From Saccharolobus solfataricus P2 (GTDB taxonomy: Archaea > Thermoproteota > Thermoprotei_A > Sulfolobales > Sulfolobaceae), in NCBI RefSeq assembly GCF_000007005.1, contig NC_002754.1: a DNA stretch of 64,000 nucleotides; one strand, 5' to 3'. Positions 53,851 through 64,000 of this stretch are shown in pieces (the first letter of the stretch is position 1; each line of letters opens with the position of its first letter). The position numbers were made by a program, and so were the translations under genes. The notes under the pieces are model-generated. The model made no database searches and was not told where the DNA came from. It was given only the letters and a program-made list of their open reading frames with translations.

Positions 53851-54612
53851 TTAAAGAAATTTAAATGAATAGTTTAATGCGTCTAGATAGCTTTTAGGGT
53901 CTCCTACGTTTAACCATTTCTCATCTTCATTCATTTCTAACGCGTAAACTTCTTTACCATCTAGCAACAAATTATGTATCCCATAAGTTAACTCCAACTC
54001 TTTACCTTCCTCAACCTTAATTTGCCTTAAGGCACTGAATATACTAGGCTTAAAAATGTAAACTGCAGCTATGGCTAAGTTAGATTTTGGATGTAATGGT
54101 TTCTCCTCCGCGTCAATTACCCTATATAATTTGTGACCATTGTACATACCCTTATCTTGAACAGTTACCACACCATATCTACTAGGATTTTCCACTCTTC
54201 TGACTAAAAGTACGCCATCTGGACTTATTTCATTAAATAGCAATTTGAGAGAGTCATATCCTTTAGTTAGAACACCATCATCAGCATGAACGAAGAAAGG
54301 TTCATTTGTTGAGAAGTCCTCTGCCCTCAAGACTGCATCGCCAAATCCCTTAGGCATATCTTGAAATACAAAAGTTGGTGTTCTATCGAATAAGTATTGC
54401 ATTAGTAACATTCCATTTCTTCCTACCACGATACAGAACTTTTCTACACCAATCTTATTTAATGAATCCATTATTAAATCTATAACTGGTCTAGTTACCT
54501 TCCCTCCATTTTCCGTTACGAATAAGGGTAATAATGCCTTTGGTAATACATTTGTTATATGTTTCATTCGACTTCCTTTTCCAGCTGATGTAATTACGGC
54601 CTTTTCAAGCAT
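53851..54612 (-). CDS. Sugar-phosphate nucleotidylyltransferase
   Basis: AGKGSRM...PKALLP, PKGFGDAV, PSRYGVV, EEKP, ELELT, NVGDP. Confidence 0.9.
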   Translation of the reverse strand: MLEKAVITSAGKGSRMKHITNVLPKALLPLFVTENGGKVTRPVIDLIMDSLNKIGVEKFCIVVGRNGMLLMQYLFDRTPTFVFQDMPKGFGDAVLRAEDFSTNEPFFVHADDGVLTKGYDSLKLLFNEISPDGVLLVRRVENPSRYGVVTVQDKGMYNGHKLYRVIDAEEKPLHPKSNLAIAAVYIFKPSIFSALRQIKVEEGKELELTYGIHNLLLDGKEVYALEMNEDEKWLNVGDPKSYLDALNYSFKFL

Positions 54613-54642
54613 TAATTCATATTAAAGTATTCATATTATATA

Positions 54643-55700
54643 TGCTTTGTGGATTGCTTCAGAATTGTACAAAAAGTTTATAAATTATTCGTTTAAGTAT
54701 TACCTATGGGAAAGAGTAAGTACAAGAGGGACTGGAGCAAGTACGACGAGAACGTCATTACTAGATATAAGTTGATGTTCCCCTTCTACGTATTCGAACA
54801 TTGGTGGGACTTATTAGCAGAGGAGAACAGGAACGCTAGGACAAAGTATAAAGCTCCGAAGGAGTTCGACGAATTCCTAGCCTTCCTCCACATCTTCCTA
54901 CCTTACAGAGCAATAGAAGGAGTATTAAGAGCCTTAGAACAATTGAAGATCATCCCCACAAGCCTCGATTACTCAACAATATGGAAGAGAGTGAGGAACA
55001 TGAAAATAACCTTCCCCGAGGCAAGTGACGAACTTGAAGTAATTGCAGACGCTACAGGCATTAGCACAAACACGGGAGGACAATACATTGTTGCCAAGTG
55101 GGGTAAGACTAGGGATTCAAAATTCCTCAAGATCGAGATAGTAATGGACAATAACGAATTCAACGTGATAAACGCTGAGGTCACTAGCAACGAGGTTGAA
55201 AGCGCTGTAAAAACAGTTAAGGATCTTCAAGATAAGGGAAAGAAGGTCAAGAAGTTTTATGGAGATAAGACATATGACGCCAATGAGGTTTACAAGACCG
55301 GAGTTGAGGTTGTAGTTCCTCCCAAGAAGAACGCTTCTACTAAAAGGGGCCATCTTGCTAGACGTAAGGCTGTGCGGGAGTTTAGGAAGTTGGGTTATGA
55401 TCGTTGGAGGGAGGAGAAGGGTTATGGCGTTAGGTGGAGGGTCGAGTCCTTGTTCTCTGCGGTGAAGCGTACTTTTGGGGAATCGGTTAGGGCAACAAGT
55501 TTTGCTGGACAAGTAGTTGAGGCTAAGCTCAAGTTCTGGGCTTACGCGTGGATGGTTCACTTGGCGAATTCTGTAGTCGGTAGGGCTCCGGGCATTAGGG
55601 TGTAAGCTTGAGAGGAACGTTGAAATAAATATTAATTACTGAAAAATTAGTGTTATACAATATCGTTTTAATGAGACAAATTGAACAAATCAACAAAGTA
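54643..55700 (+). mobile_element. IS5-family element (ISC1058-like), 1058 bp
   Basis: Imperfect TIRs TGCTTTGTGGATT / TACTTTGTTGATT; perfect 9 bp TSD TATTATATA at 54634-42 and 55701-09. Confidence 0.93.
54706..55605 (+). CDS. IS5-family DDE transposase
   Basis: ADATG, YGDKTYD, Y..RWRVESLFS. Confidence 0.93.
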   Translation: MGKSKYKRDWSKYDENVITRYKLMFPFYVFEHWWDLLAEENRNARTKYKAPKEFDEFLAFLHIFLPYRAIEGVLRALEQLKIIPTSLDYSTIWKRVRNMKITFPEASDELEVIADATGISTNTGGQYIVAKWGKTRDSKFLKIEIVMDNNEFNVINAEVTSNEVESAVKTVKDLQDKGKKVKKFYGDKTYDANEVYKTGVEVVVPPKKNASTKRGHLARRKAVREFRKLGYDRWREEKGYGVRWRVESLFSAVKRTFGESVRATSFAGQVVEAKLKFWAYAWMVHLANSVVGRAPGIRV

Positions 55701-55723
55701 TATTATATAAGATCATTGTGAAG

Positions 55724-57064
55724 TTATTCTTCTTGCTCACTTTCCTCTTCCATCATACTTAACGTCTCAGCCACTAGAAAACCTATTATTATGAATGACA
55801 TAAAGATATATACTTCTATAGGAGAAGCAGAAGACAAAGAATTTATTAGCTCAAATATACTAAAGGTCACTGCTGAAATTCCAACTATAATTTGGAACAG
55901 CCTCTTTCTGAATTTCTTGATTGAAATTTTTATTAACGAAAAATTGGCTGCTACGTGTACAAATAAACTTGAAAACAGAGCTATAGCTCCTAATACGCCA
56001 AATGCGACGAATGGGTTATTTATTAAATATAAACCGAATAATGAGGTTATAAAGTATAATATAACGGACAATATTACAGCATTGGTAGGTCCTTTGTAAT
56101 TTTCAAATTTGCTGAAAACTTTAGGTAAAAGATTAGTATAAGACATAGCGAAGATTGTCCTAGATGTTGCTATAATAAATCCTAAACTTCCTAAGATACC
56201 ATCGTTTATGGCTGCAAATAAAACAAATATGAAAGTAATAAGACCAAATCTATTTTCTATTAGATGTAAAATGTCGACGTTATTAGCTGATATGTTGTAG
56301 AATAATAAATGATCACCTATTGCGTAAATATCGAATGCAGCTAGCAATCCTCCTAATAGAATAACTGTTATTATAGCCCTACTAATTGTCTTTCTTGCAT
56401 CTTTAGCCTCACCAGAAACTGGTGCTATTGCTCCATAGCCAGTAGGTATACTAGAACCGAATAGAATAGCATATGCTAAAGTTCCTAAGTTTACATGAAA
56501 AGATAATGGATTATAAAAGTGAAATCCAGTAGAGCTTAAAAATACTAGTGCAAGTGTAGTCATAATACCTATTTCTAACAAGCTTGTAAAAACAGCGTAT
56601 TTTGTGCTAATCTTTATACCCATAATTGCAAAAAAGGATGCAATTGATAGAAGACCTAGCCCTACTATCCAAGGATTTATCCCTAGGATGTGATAGAGAA
56701 TATATGTAGTTCCAAAAATATACGCAACACCATATGTAGTAGAGTATAGTACATAGAGCCATCCAGTTTCAAAACCTAAACGTTTAGTTAAAGAATAAAA
56801 TGCATATGTATAATAACCACCCGCTTTAGTAAATCTCTTTGAAAGTTCATAAACTACCAATCCATTTAGGAGTACTAGTAAGGTGCCTAAAATGATTGCT
56901 ATAGGGGCTAAAAAACCAGCAATAATAAACGCTTCTACGCCATATGTCAAGATACTCAGAAAGGGTGATTGAGAACCCATTGAAAGAAAAACGATATCAA
57001 TAAAGCCTAAATGTCTTTTAGGTTCTTGATTCTGTTGTGCTTTGCTGATTGACGAGGTACTCAT
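55724..57064 (-). CDS. APC-family amino acid permease
   Basis: AGGYYTY, GYGAIAPVSGEAKDAR, SRTIFAMS; about 12 TMs. Confidence 0.88.
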   Translation of the reverse strand: MSTSSISKAQQNQEPKRHLGFIDIVFLSMGSQSPFLSILTYGVEAFIIAGFLAPIAIILGTLLVLLNGLVVYELSKRFTKAGGYYTYAFYSLTKRLGFETGWLYVLYSTTYGVAYIFGTTYILYHILGINPWIVGLGLLSIASFFAIMGIKISTKYAVFTSLLEIGIMTTLALVFLSSTGFHFYNPLSFHVNLGTLAYAILFGSSIPTGYGAIAPVSGEAKDARKTISRAIITVILLGGLLAAFDIYAIGDHLLFYNISANNVDILHLIENRFGLITFIFVLFAAINDGILGSLGFIIATSRTIFAMSYTNLLPKVFSKFENYKGPTNAVILSVILYFITSLFGLYLINNPFVAFGVLGAIALFSSLFVHVAANFSLIKISIKKFRKRLFQIIVGISAVTFSIFELINSLSSASPIEVYIFMSFIIIGFLVAETLSMMEEESEQEE

Positions 57065-57122
57065 CCGAAAATCACTTTTCTACGACTATTATTTAAACTC
57101 TTTCCCTTATACTGTTAAAAAA

Positions 57123-58241
57123 TTACTTTAGAATATTTATCTTTTGGACTAGTTTAAATAATGATACCACTACGTATGCATCTACTACTGGCATAAAATC
57201 TGTTACATAAAAACTAAAGAGAGTATGATTTCCCAAGATATAAACAATTACAAATCCTATCCACATAGTCCACGCCCACATTGTAGTAGTTATCAGCTTA
57301 CTGTCTCTAAAAATAAACGCAAGTGGAGTTGTAATTATCCATAGTATTAACACATAAGGATTAGTACTGGCATACAAATTGTAACCAAGATAGAAAGGAT
57401 GAATGTTTAAGAACCAATCCCATGGAGTTGAAATCTGAGAAGTCGCAGTTAAAGTAATATGGCCGTTAGTAACGTCCCACAATGCTCTGTGAATTATAGT
57501 AGCGTCTAGCCACGCCTTAATTCCACCGTAATAAGCTATTAATGGGGTAGAGAACAAAATGTATATCAAAGCTGGAATTCCTATTCCATAAATCGCTCTT
57601 TTCTTAACATTATTTGAAATCTCTCCTAGATAGTAAAGAAACGGAAATATTAGAACATAAGCTGATTCCTTTGACAGCATAGCCAAGGCTAACGCTATAC
57701 TAGCCCATAGTGGTTTATCGTTCAGTAGAAAATAAAGAGATAGAAAACTGAAGAAGGATACGTAAATATCAAGAAGCGCTATACCGTGAAGAGACCACAC
57801 ATTCGGATCCAGCGCAATAAGAAGAGCAGTAAGTATTCCAGCTAAGTTGCCTAAAATTCCGTTACTAACTAGTTTTTTGCCAAGAAAATAACCTACGATA
57901 AGCATGAGATCACCTAGAATCCAACTAGGTATTCTCCAAACTATCGGATAGTATCCCACAAAGTAGATGAAAACTGCCATAATGTATTTAGCTAGAGGAG
58001 GATGTTCTGGATTTATATATGTTTGAATATTCTGCTCATTCGGATATCCTATATTTGTCATTGGTGGGGGAGTTACATGAAACACTAATTTTAGCATATT
58101 ATAAGCAGCTGTAGGATACCATACCTCATCACCTATATATGCGTTAATAGGTGAAAACGTAATTACTGTTTCATAAGTATATACAGAAATAAGTACAATT
58201 AAGGACAAATAAAAGAAAAAGTTAATCCACTTTAATTGCAT
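57123..58241 (-). CDS. GT-C fold glycosyltransferase, PMT/ArnT-like
   Basis: [36 protein letters not shown]; multi-TM. Confidence 0.8.
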   Translation of the reverse strand: MQLKWINFFFYLSLIVLISVYTYETVITFSPINAYIGDEVWYPTAAYNMLKLVFHVTPPPMTNIGYPNEQNIQTYINPEHPPLAKYIMAVFIYFVGYYPIVWRIPSWILGDLMLIVGYFLGKKLVSNGILGNLAGILTALLIALDPNVWSLHGIALLDIYVSFFSFLSLYFLLNDKPLWASIALALAMLSKESAYVLIFPFLYYLGEISNNVKKRAIYGIGIPALIYILFSTPLIAYYGGIKAWLDATIIHRALWDVTNGHITLTATSQISTPWDWFLNIHPFYLGYNLYASTNPYVLILWIITTPLAFIFRDSKLITTTMWAWTMWIGFVIVYILGNHTLFSFYVTDFMPVVDAYVVVSLFKLVQKINILK

Positions 58242-58252
58242 AAACTAAGCCT

Positions 58253-59071
58253 TTACTTCAAAATTTTTAAAGCTTCTCCAATATCCGCATTCTCGTGAAT
58301 AACCTTCGATATAGCTTTAGCTAGCTTGTCTGGTTCTTCCGCTTGCCATAAATTCCTGCCTACAGTTACACCCTTAGCTCCAGCTTCTAGAGCATCTCTT
58401 AGCATCCTTAAGAATTCCTCAGTTGTATTTGTCTTAGGACCTCCTCTAATTAGGATTGGACTAAATGCCACGTTAATGACTTGTCTAAATGATTCCTTGT
58501 TTCCCGTATAATCAACTTTTAGAATATCAGCACCTATTTCTGATGCTAATCTAGTCACATACTTTACCAAATCTACTTCTTTTACTGAATCTGGATTATC
58601 TTTTGTAACATATAAAGGTTCTACAATGAACGGTATCCCATAATCATTTGCCTCTTTTCTTAAGGAAGATAAGACACTCAAATTATACCCTTCTACTGTG
58701 TCGTTTCCATAGCCGACTACTAGATAAGTAACTACAGCATCTGCTCCAGCACTGATCGCGTCCTTTACTGTATAAATACTCGCATAATAACCCTCATTGT
58801 AGACCTTGTATTTTTGCCTCCATACGTTCGCAGTATCCAATCTAGTTATTAACATAGGTGACCCTCTTGAAAAGAAGTTCTCCTTAACAAGTTTTACCAT
58901 TGAAGGTGTCATTTGTAAGGCATCTGGACCATTTTTAGCAATTTTAGCTACGACTTCTACAGGATTTTCTATTCCCTTCAATGGTCCCATTACCAATCCG
59001 TGATCTAAGGCAACAACCAAAGCTCTACCTTTATCAAATAACTTGGCCATTCGAATTTCTGAACCAATCAT
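58253..59071 (-). CDS. DhnA-type class I aldolase
   Basis: ALDHG, IVEP, ELGADILKVDYTG (Schiff-base Lys), RGGP, GRNLWQ. Confidence 0.88.
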   Translation of the reverse strand: MIGSEIRMAKLFDKGRALVVALDHGLVMGPLKGIENPVEVVAKIAKNGPDALQMTPSMVKLVKENFFSRGSPMLITRLDTANVWRQKYKVYNEGYYASIYTVKDAISAGADAVVTYLVVGYGNDTVEGYNLSVLSSLRKEANDYGIPFIVEPLYVTKDNPDSVKEVDLVKYVTRLASEIGADILKVDYTGNKESFRQVINVAFSPILIRGGPKTNTTEEFLRMLRDALEAGAKGVTVGRNLWQAEEPDKLAKAISKVIHENADIGEALKILK

Positions 59072-59080
59072 AGAAGTAGA

Positions 59081-60551
59081 TTAAACTCTTTGCTTAAATT
59101 CTCTTATAATCGCTATTACCAACCTTCTACCATAAGGGTTAAAAGCGTAGTTGTATAGAGTAAAGACCAAAATTGCTACGACAGCATATATGCCCATTGG
59201 CAAAAAACTTACTGGTCTATAAACAGTTGACAAAGGCAAACTGAGTGCGCTTAAGCCTAATGGTATAAGAAATTCTCGCAATGGAAATCTAAAATTATAA
59301 ATTCGCTTACATACATTATAGGAGGTAAACAGCATTGAAAATGAATTAGTTATTATCCCAATACTCATAAAGGCTGCTAATAAATAAGGCGAGTAAGAGG
59401 AGAAGAAGTAAATCAGTAAAGTTGAAATTCCTAAACCTAGTAATGAAAAAAGTAAATTGGAAGTTGTAAGCTTAAATAGGTAACCCTTAAATTCATCCTT
59501 GGATTCTACTGACAGAGTGGGATCGGCCATTGTTATACTTTGATAGAAGATACTATACAAGCCTCTTATGAAATTTGAAAAAGTAAGTATATATAGTGAG
59601 AAAATAGCTGCTATATACTCAGGTCTTAGTTTGTATAAAACTCCATATCCGTCTAAGAAAATAAGAATTAAAAATAAGCTACCAACTATTGAGTAAAGTT
59701 TGATTGCATCAACGATTATAGATGGATTTTTATCTTCAGCTAACTTAGCCATAAGCCCTGTATATATTGCTTGTGACCAATTTGAATATTACTAACTATA
59801 ATTGCTGATTCAAAATATGCTACTACTAGATCTGAATTTACTATACCTAGAGTTATCCATACTATTGATGCTTCTAGAATATATTGAATATAATTCGCTA
59901 TATATACTACTGCTTTTCTAACAGCCGAAAAAGCTACCTTAAAGTCAATCTTGAGATTAGCTCTTATAAAGAATAAATTGAATAATACTTGAGCAAGATA
60001 GCCTATACTGTAAGCTAAGATTACTGCCAGAATAGAAAGATTAAATATAAACATGAATATAATCCCTGAAACTAATCTTAAAACTTGAAAGATTAGTGCA
60101 GAAATTCCAACAATCTTGGGTGTTCTTCCTTGAGCTATTGAATTTGTTACAGTCAGTAAATAGGTTAAAATGATTAGCGATATTGCAGAATAGAAATAGA
60201 TAGGAACATCCAGCTTAGTTAAAGAAATGTAGTATGGAACTAAAAGAGCGAAAACCAAACTTGAACTAATTCCAGCTATCAAGTTAATTATTACTATTCC
60301 TCCTACATTCTTCCTTTCTGCAGAATATCTTGACGTTATTAATGAGAATAGATTTGCGGGTATCGTAAAATAACCTATTGTGAAAACGTACAAGGTTTGC
60401 CATGTCGCAAATAAGTAATACCATAAGGAGGATTCGATAAGTACTTTGCAACCATTAACGTGAAGACAAATGAAATAGGAGCACCTAAAGCCCTAGTTAG
60501 TAAGTTAATAATACCTATTCTTGTAACTCTCACAGTCTCTTTTTTATCCAC
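59081..60551 (-). pseudogene. Wzx/MOP-family polysaccharide flippase-like gene with two -1 frameshifts
   Basis: GTG start at 60551 (MDKKETVRVTRIGIINLL...). Adding one T near 60410 and one near 59779 gives a continuous ~490 aa multi-TM protein. Confidence 0.75.
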
Positions 60552-60650
60552 ATTTTTACGTATCGAAAATAAAGTATTTATAGTCTATCGAATCAAAAAG
60601 GTTTGAGATTAATCTAATAATATTATAAAAATCTCTTATCAACAGAGTTG

Positions 60651-61040
60651 TTAGCCTTCTAAAATATCATCTATTGCCCGTGCAATATCTCTTATAGATA
60701 TTATTCCCCTTAAGTTTCCATCATAATCAATAACTGGTAAATGTCTAATGTTATATGTTCTCATAAGGCTTAATGCTCCAGTTATTGGTGAATCTTCCTT
60801 GATAGTTATAAGGGAAGCAGTCATTATTTCTTCTGCTATGGTATCTAGACTTTTACCTTTTCCAATAGCCCTAACTACATCACGTTCCGTTATTATGCCA
60901 ATAGGTTTCCCATTATCCACTACAATTACTGAACCTACGTTATTATCTGTCATAATTCTAGTTACTTCTTTAAGCATAGTATTTCTACCTACTGTTATTA
61001 CACGGGTTTTCATATATTCTTTTACAAATTCTTCTTTCAT
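60651..61040 (-). CDS. CBS domain protein
   Basis: Probable ATG at 61040; GIITERDVV, IRHLPVI...GIISIRD. Confidence 0.9.
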   Translation of the reverse strand: MKEEFVKEYMKTRVITVGRNTMLKEVTRIMTDNNVGSVIVVDNGKPIGIITERDVVRAIGKGKSLDTIAEEIMTASLITIKEDSPITGALSLMRTYNIRHLPVIDYDGNLRGIISIRDIARAIDDILEG

Positions 61041-61458
61041 ATTTATCATTGTATAGGAAAAAAGATAATATAAATTTAAGCTATATATGCTCTTACCGAT
61101 AATATGATAAAGAAAAGACAAGCTTCATCCTTTTAGGTAGTTACAAAATCGTTTTCATAAGATTTCTATAAGAGATCGTAGTGACCAACCTTAATTACAT
61201 GCATTGTTATTTGTAATTAAAATAATCTTGTATAAACAATTTTGGAAGTATTATTTAGGACAGGAGAGAAGTCGGATGTAATGTGATTAGTCGACTTGTT
61301 GAATATTTTTACACTAAACTGCTATTAACTTCCTTTCAATTAATGATAGCGTGTTCAATTTATATTTGTGATGCACCTTAACCCTTTATGCGAATTCAAC
61401 AAATCCACGAAGCAGATGTGATGAAAAATAATATAAACTCCCTGCACGAGATTAGCAT

Positions 61459-62436
61459 ATGAATTGGGAAGTAGTAAAATTAAGATTAAATATGGCGTTA
61501 GCAACTCTAGGAATTACCTTACTAGGATTTGCATTGGCGTTAGCAGTTGCGGATTATGCGTTCGGGGCGCAATTTGGAGTAGGATTAATATTATCTATCT
61601 TAATATTTATATTCTTCCTTAACATTATTCAATGGTTGTTCGGACCATATATGATAAACTGGGCATATAGGACAGTAGAAGTAACTCCTACTGATCCAGT
61701 TTATGGATGGTTATACAGTACTGTAGCCGAAGTTGCAAAATATAATGGATTTAGAGAAGTACCAAAAGTTTACATTGCTGATGTGCCATTCCCTAATGCT
61801 TTTGCATATGGAAGTCCGATAGCTGGTAAAAGAATAGCCTTTACATTACCAATATTAAAATTACTAAATAGGGATGAAATAATGGCAGTAGCGGGACATG
61901 AGCTAGGACATCTAAAGCATAGAGATGTAGAATTGCTAATGGCTGTAGGTCTGATTCCAGCTTTAATTTATTACTTAGGTTGGTGGTTATTCTGGGGAGG
62001 ATTGTTTAGTGGAGGAGGAAATGGTAGAGGGAATAATGGAGGATTAGTTTTCCTTTTAGGAATTATAATGATGGCAGTAAGTTTTGTTTTTCAACTACTA
62101 GTACTATCCTTAAATAGAATGAGAGAAGCCTACGCAGATGTTAACTCGGCCTTAACAGTACCTGGTGGAAAAGAAAACTTGCAACTAGCCTTAGCTAAAT
62201 TAACACTATCAATGGATCCAGAAGCATTAGAAAGATTTAAGAAAAAGAGTACTACAAACCAAATGGCAAGTATGTTATTCTTTACCAACGCCATTGAAGA
62301 AGTTCCAACATGGAATGCCAAAGAGTTAGTGGAAATTTGGAAAACTACAAAGGTTCCATGGTATGCTGATATATTTATGGATCATCCACATCCTGCCAAA
62401 AGGATACAGTTACTAGATAAAGTTTCAAAATATTAA
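61459..62436 (+). CDS. htpX: HtpX membrane zinc metalloprotease (M48)
   Basis: PNAFAYG, HELGH, REAYAD, HPHPAKRI; TM segments. Confidence 0.92.
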   Translation: MNWEVVKLRLNMALATLGITLLGFALALAVADYAFGAQFGVGLILSILIFIFFLNIIQWLFGPYMINWAYRTVEVTPTDPVYGWLYSTVAEVAKYNGFREVPKVYIADVPFPNAFAYGSPIAGKRIAFTLPILKLLNRDEIMAVAGHELGHLKHRDVELLMAVGLIPALIYYLGWWLFWGGLFSGGGNGRGNNGGLVFLLGIIMMAVSFVFQLLVLSLNRMREAYADVNSALTVPGGKENLQLALAKLTLSMDPEALERFKKKSTTNQMASMLFFTNAIEEVPTWNAKELVEIWKTTKVPWYADIFMDHPHPAKRIQLLDKVSKY

Positions 62437-63540
62437 TTATTCGAACTCTATAGTTGCAGGTGGTTTAGAAGTAACATCATAAAGTACTTCTTTAACATTA
62501 GGTATTTTTTGTAATATTTCAGAACTAATTTTACTTAAAATTTCTTTAGGTATTCTAACATAATCAGCTGTCATGAAATCCTCAGTAGTGACTGCCCTTA
62601 TTGCGACACTGTATTTTCCGCTATTCCTTTCGTCCAAGGTACATAATACATGAGTAATGTCATATTTAACTAAAGTATCTATAATGTTTTTCACATTATT
62701 AATATTACTGCACTCAATCTTTGCTATATTCCCATAAGCCCTAACGTCACCCTTAACTCCAGTAGCCCTAGCTTTGTATAGAAAAGCATCAATACCGTCT
62801 AAATTTACAAGATTACCATAGGATTCAAAGGATACTGCAAAATATTGCGAGTAGTTAAAAGGATCTAAATACTTTTCAACTATATCATTAGCTTCTCTCA
62901 CTACTTCCAACTTTTCCCTAGTCAGTTTCCCCACCGCCCTAACTAGGAGACCAGGGCCAGGAAATGGCTGCCTTTCAGAAATTTCCTTAGGTAGTTTAAG
63001 ATATCTAGCTAGTTCCCTGACCTCATTCTTATAAAGGTCTGCCAATGGTTCGATTAATGTAAATCCCCATTCTTTCTCAGTGTCTATACCTATTTGAACT
63101 AAGACATTATGTTGTGTCTTTATTCCACCTTGAGTCTCTACCCAGTCAGCGGCTATGGTACCTTGCATTAAATATCTTGCGTTGAACTTTTTCATTAATG
63201 ATGAAATAGTAGAGTAAAAAAGTTCTCTGAATCTCTTCCTTTTCATTTCGGCATCGTCAATTCCCTCAATTTCAGAGATAAATGTCTCCTTCTTGTCTAC
63301 TATAATAAGGTTAGGTAAAATATTACTTAAATAATCTTTAATTTTCTCAGCTTCGTTTTTCCTTAAAAAGCCGGTATCTACTAAAACGGGAATTACTTTA
63401 TCGCCTAACAAATTATAAGCGAGAACTGCAGCTGTAGTACTATCAACACCACCACTTACCGCAGCTAAAACTTTCTCATTGCCAAGCTTCTGTCTCAACT
63501 GCGGCCCTATTTCCTCGACAAATGAAGCAGGATCAAACAT
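62437..63540 (-). CDS. guaA: GMP synthase, ATP-pyrophosphatase subunit
   Basis: [45 protein letters not shown]. Confidence 0.93.
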   Translation of the reverse strand: MFDPASFVEEIGPQLRQKLGNEKVLAAVSGGVDSTTAAVLAYNLLGDKVIPVLVDTGFLRKNEAEKIKDYLSNILPNLIIVDKKETFISEIEGIDDAEMKRKRFRELFYSTISSLMKKFNARYLMQGTIAADWVETQGGIKTQHNVLVQIGIDTEKEWGFTLIEPLADLYKNEVRELARYLKLPKEISERQPFPGPGLLVRAVGKLTREKLEVVREANDIVEKYLDPFNYSQYFAVSFESYGNLVNLDGIDAFLYKARATGVKGDVRAYGNIAKIECSNINNVKNIIDTLVKYDITHVLCTLDERNSGKYSVAIRAVTTEDFMTADYVRIPKEILSKISSEILQKIPNVKEVLYDVTSKPPATIEFE

Positions 63541-63558
63541 TTAGTTAAGACTAAAAAT

Positions 63559-64000
63559 TCATTGCTTATAAATTTCGACTATTTCGTCAATATGTAAATA
63601 TTTCCTTAAAAATTGCTCTACACGAATTGCTTGCTGTTTGATTTCTTCTTCCATCGATTGGGAGTGAATATTAATATTGAACTCCTTCAGTAATTTTTTC
63701 ATTCCATCAGAAAATAAGGTTCCATGTACACTTATACCAATGATATTATCCTTTTTTGCCCCATCCTCAACGCTTACTTTTTCACCATTCCTTAATGTTA
63801 TCTTAAGCAAAGGCTTTTCACCCATGTATTTTATTACTCCTCTTCTAATTTCATAACCATTCATTTCTCCATATTCAGAAATGCCAGTTGTCATTGAAAC
63901 AACCTTATCCTTGCTATAATGTACATTAATATCAAATATTCCTAACCCTTCATATTCTGTAGGATATCCCGCCTCAATCCCGTAAGGATCCACAATCTTT
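63559..64000 (-). CDS. cobQ: Cobyric acid synthase, C-terminal GATase part; continues beyond the window
   Basis: DPYGIEAG...GLG..D, GYEIR.G, G.SVHG.F pattern of the CobQ C-terminus. Confidence 0.75.
   Translation of the reverse strand, partial: KIVDPYGIEAGYPTEYEGLGIFDINVHYSKDKVVSMTTGISEYGEMNGYEIRRGVIKYMGEKPLLKITLRNGEKVSVEDGAKKDNIIGISVHGTLFSDGMKKLLKEFNINIHSQSMEEEIKQQAIRVEQFLRKYLHIDEIVEIYKQ

Noticed and set aside
61260-61430. Possible C/D sRNA upstream of htpX (two TGTGATG motifs)
   Set aside because: No correctly spaced CTGA boxes and no recognisable rRNA complementarity.

Overview
Thermoacidophilic crenarchaeal chromosome segment (Sulfolobales, AT-rich). The KDG aldolase, GAPN and IS sequences look to me like Saccharolobus solfataricus; this is from recall, with no database search. 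Housekeeping content: the branched Entner-Doudoroff cluster (gad-kdgA-kdgK-gapN), glucose dehydrogenase, acetyl-CoA synthetase, a hexokinase-type kinase, GGT, TmcA/Nat10, HtpX, GuaA, a partial CobQ, two eukaryote-like Ser/Thr kinases and many transporters. Mobile DNA: (i) an IS607-family element (4742-6639) that splits a trmO gene and whose TnpB has Gln at the RuvC-III catalytic Asp position; (ii) a ~320 bp tnpA/tnpB-less derivative of that family keeping the left-end motif and the omegaRNA-like right end (~37191-37514); (iii) an inactivated IS605/IS1341-type tnpB element (50892-52282) carrying a nested 79 bp MITE; (iv) an intact 1058 bp IS5-family element with a 9 bp TSD that duplicates a TATA box. 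The best non-coding discoveries are a double-guide box C/D sRNA (25091-25141) whose guides match adjacent 16S rRNA sites, and a structured K-loop-bearing RNA candidate (~52370-52570). Three genes are broken by point indels (APC permease, molybdopterin oxidoreductase, Wzx-like flippase). I saw no CRISPR array, tRNA or rRNA.
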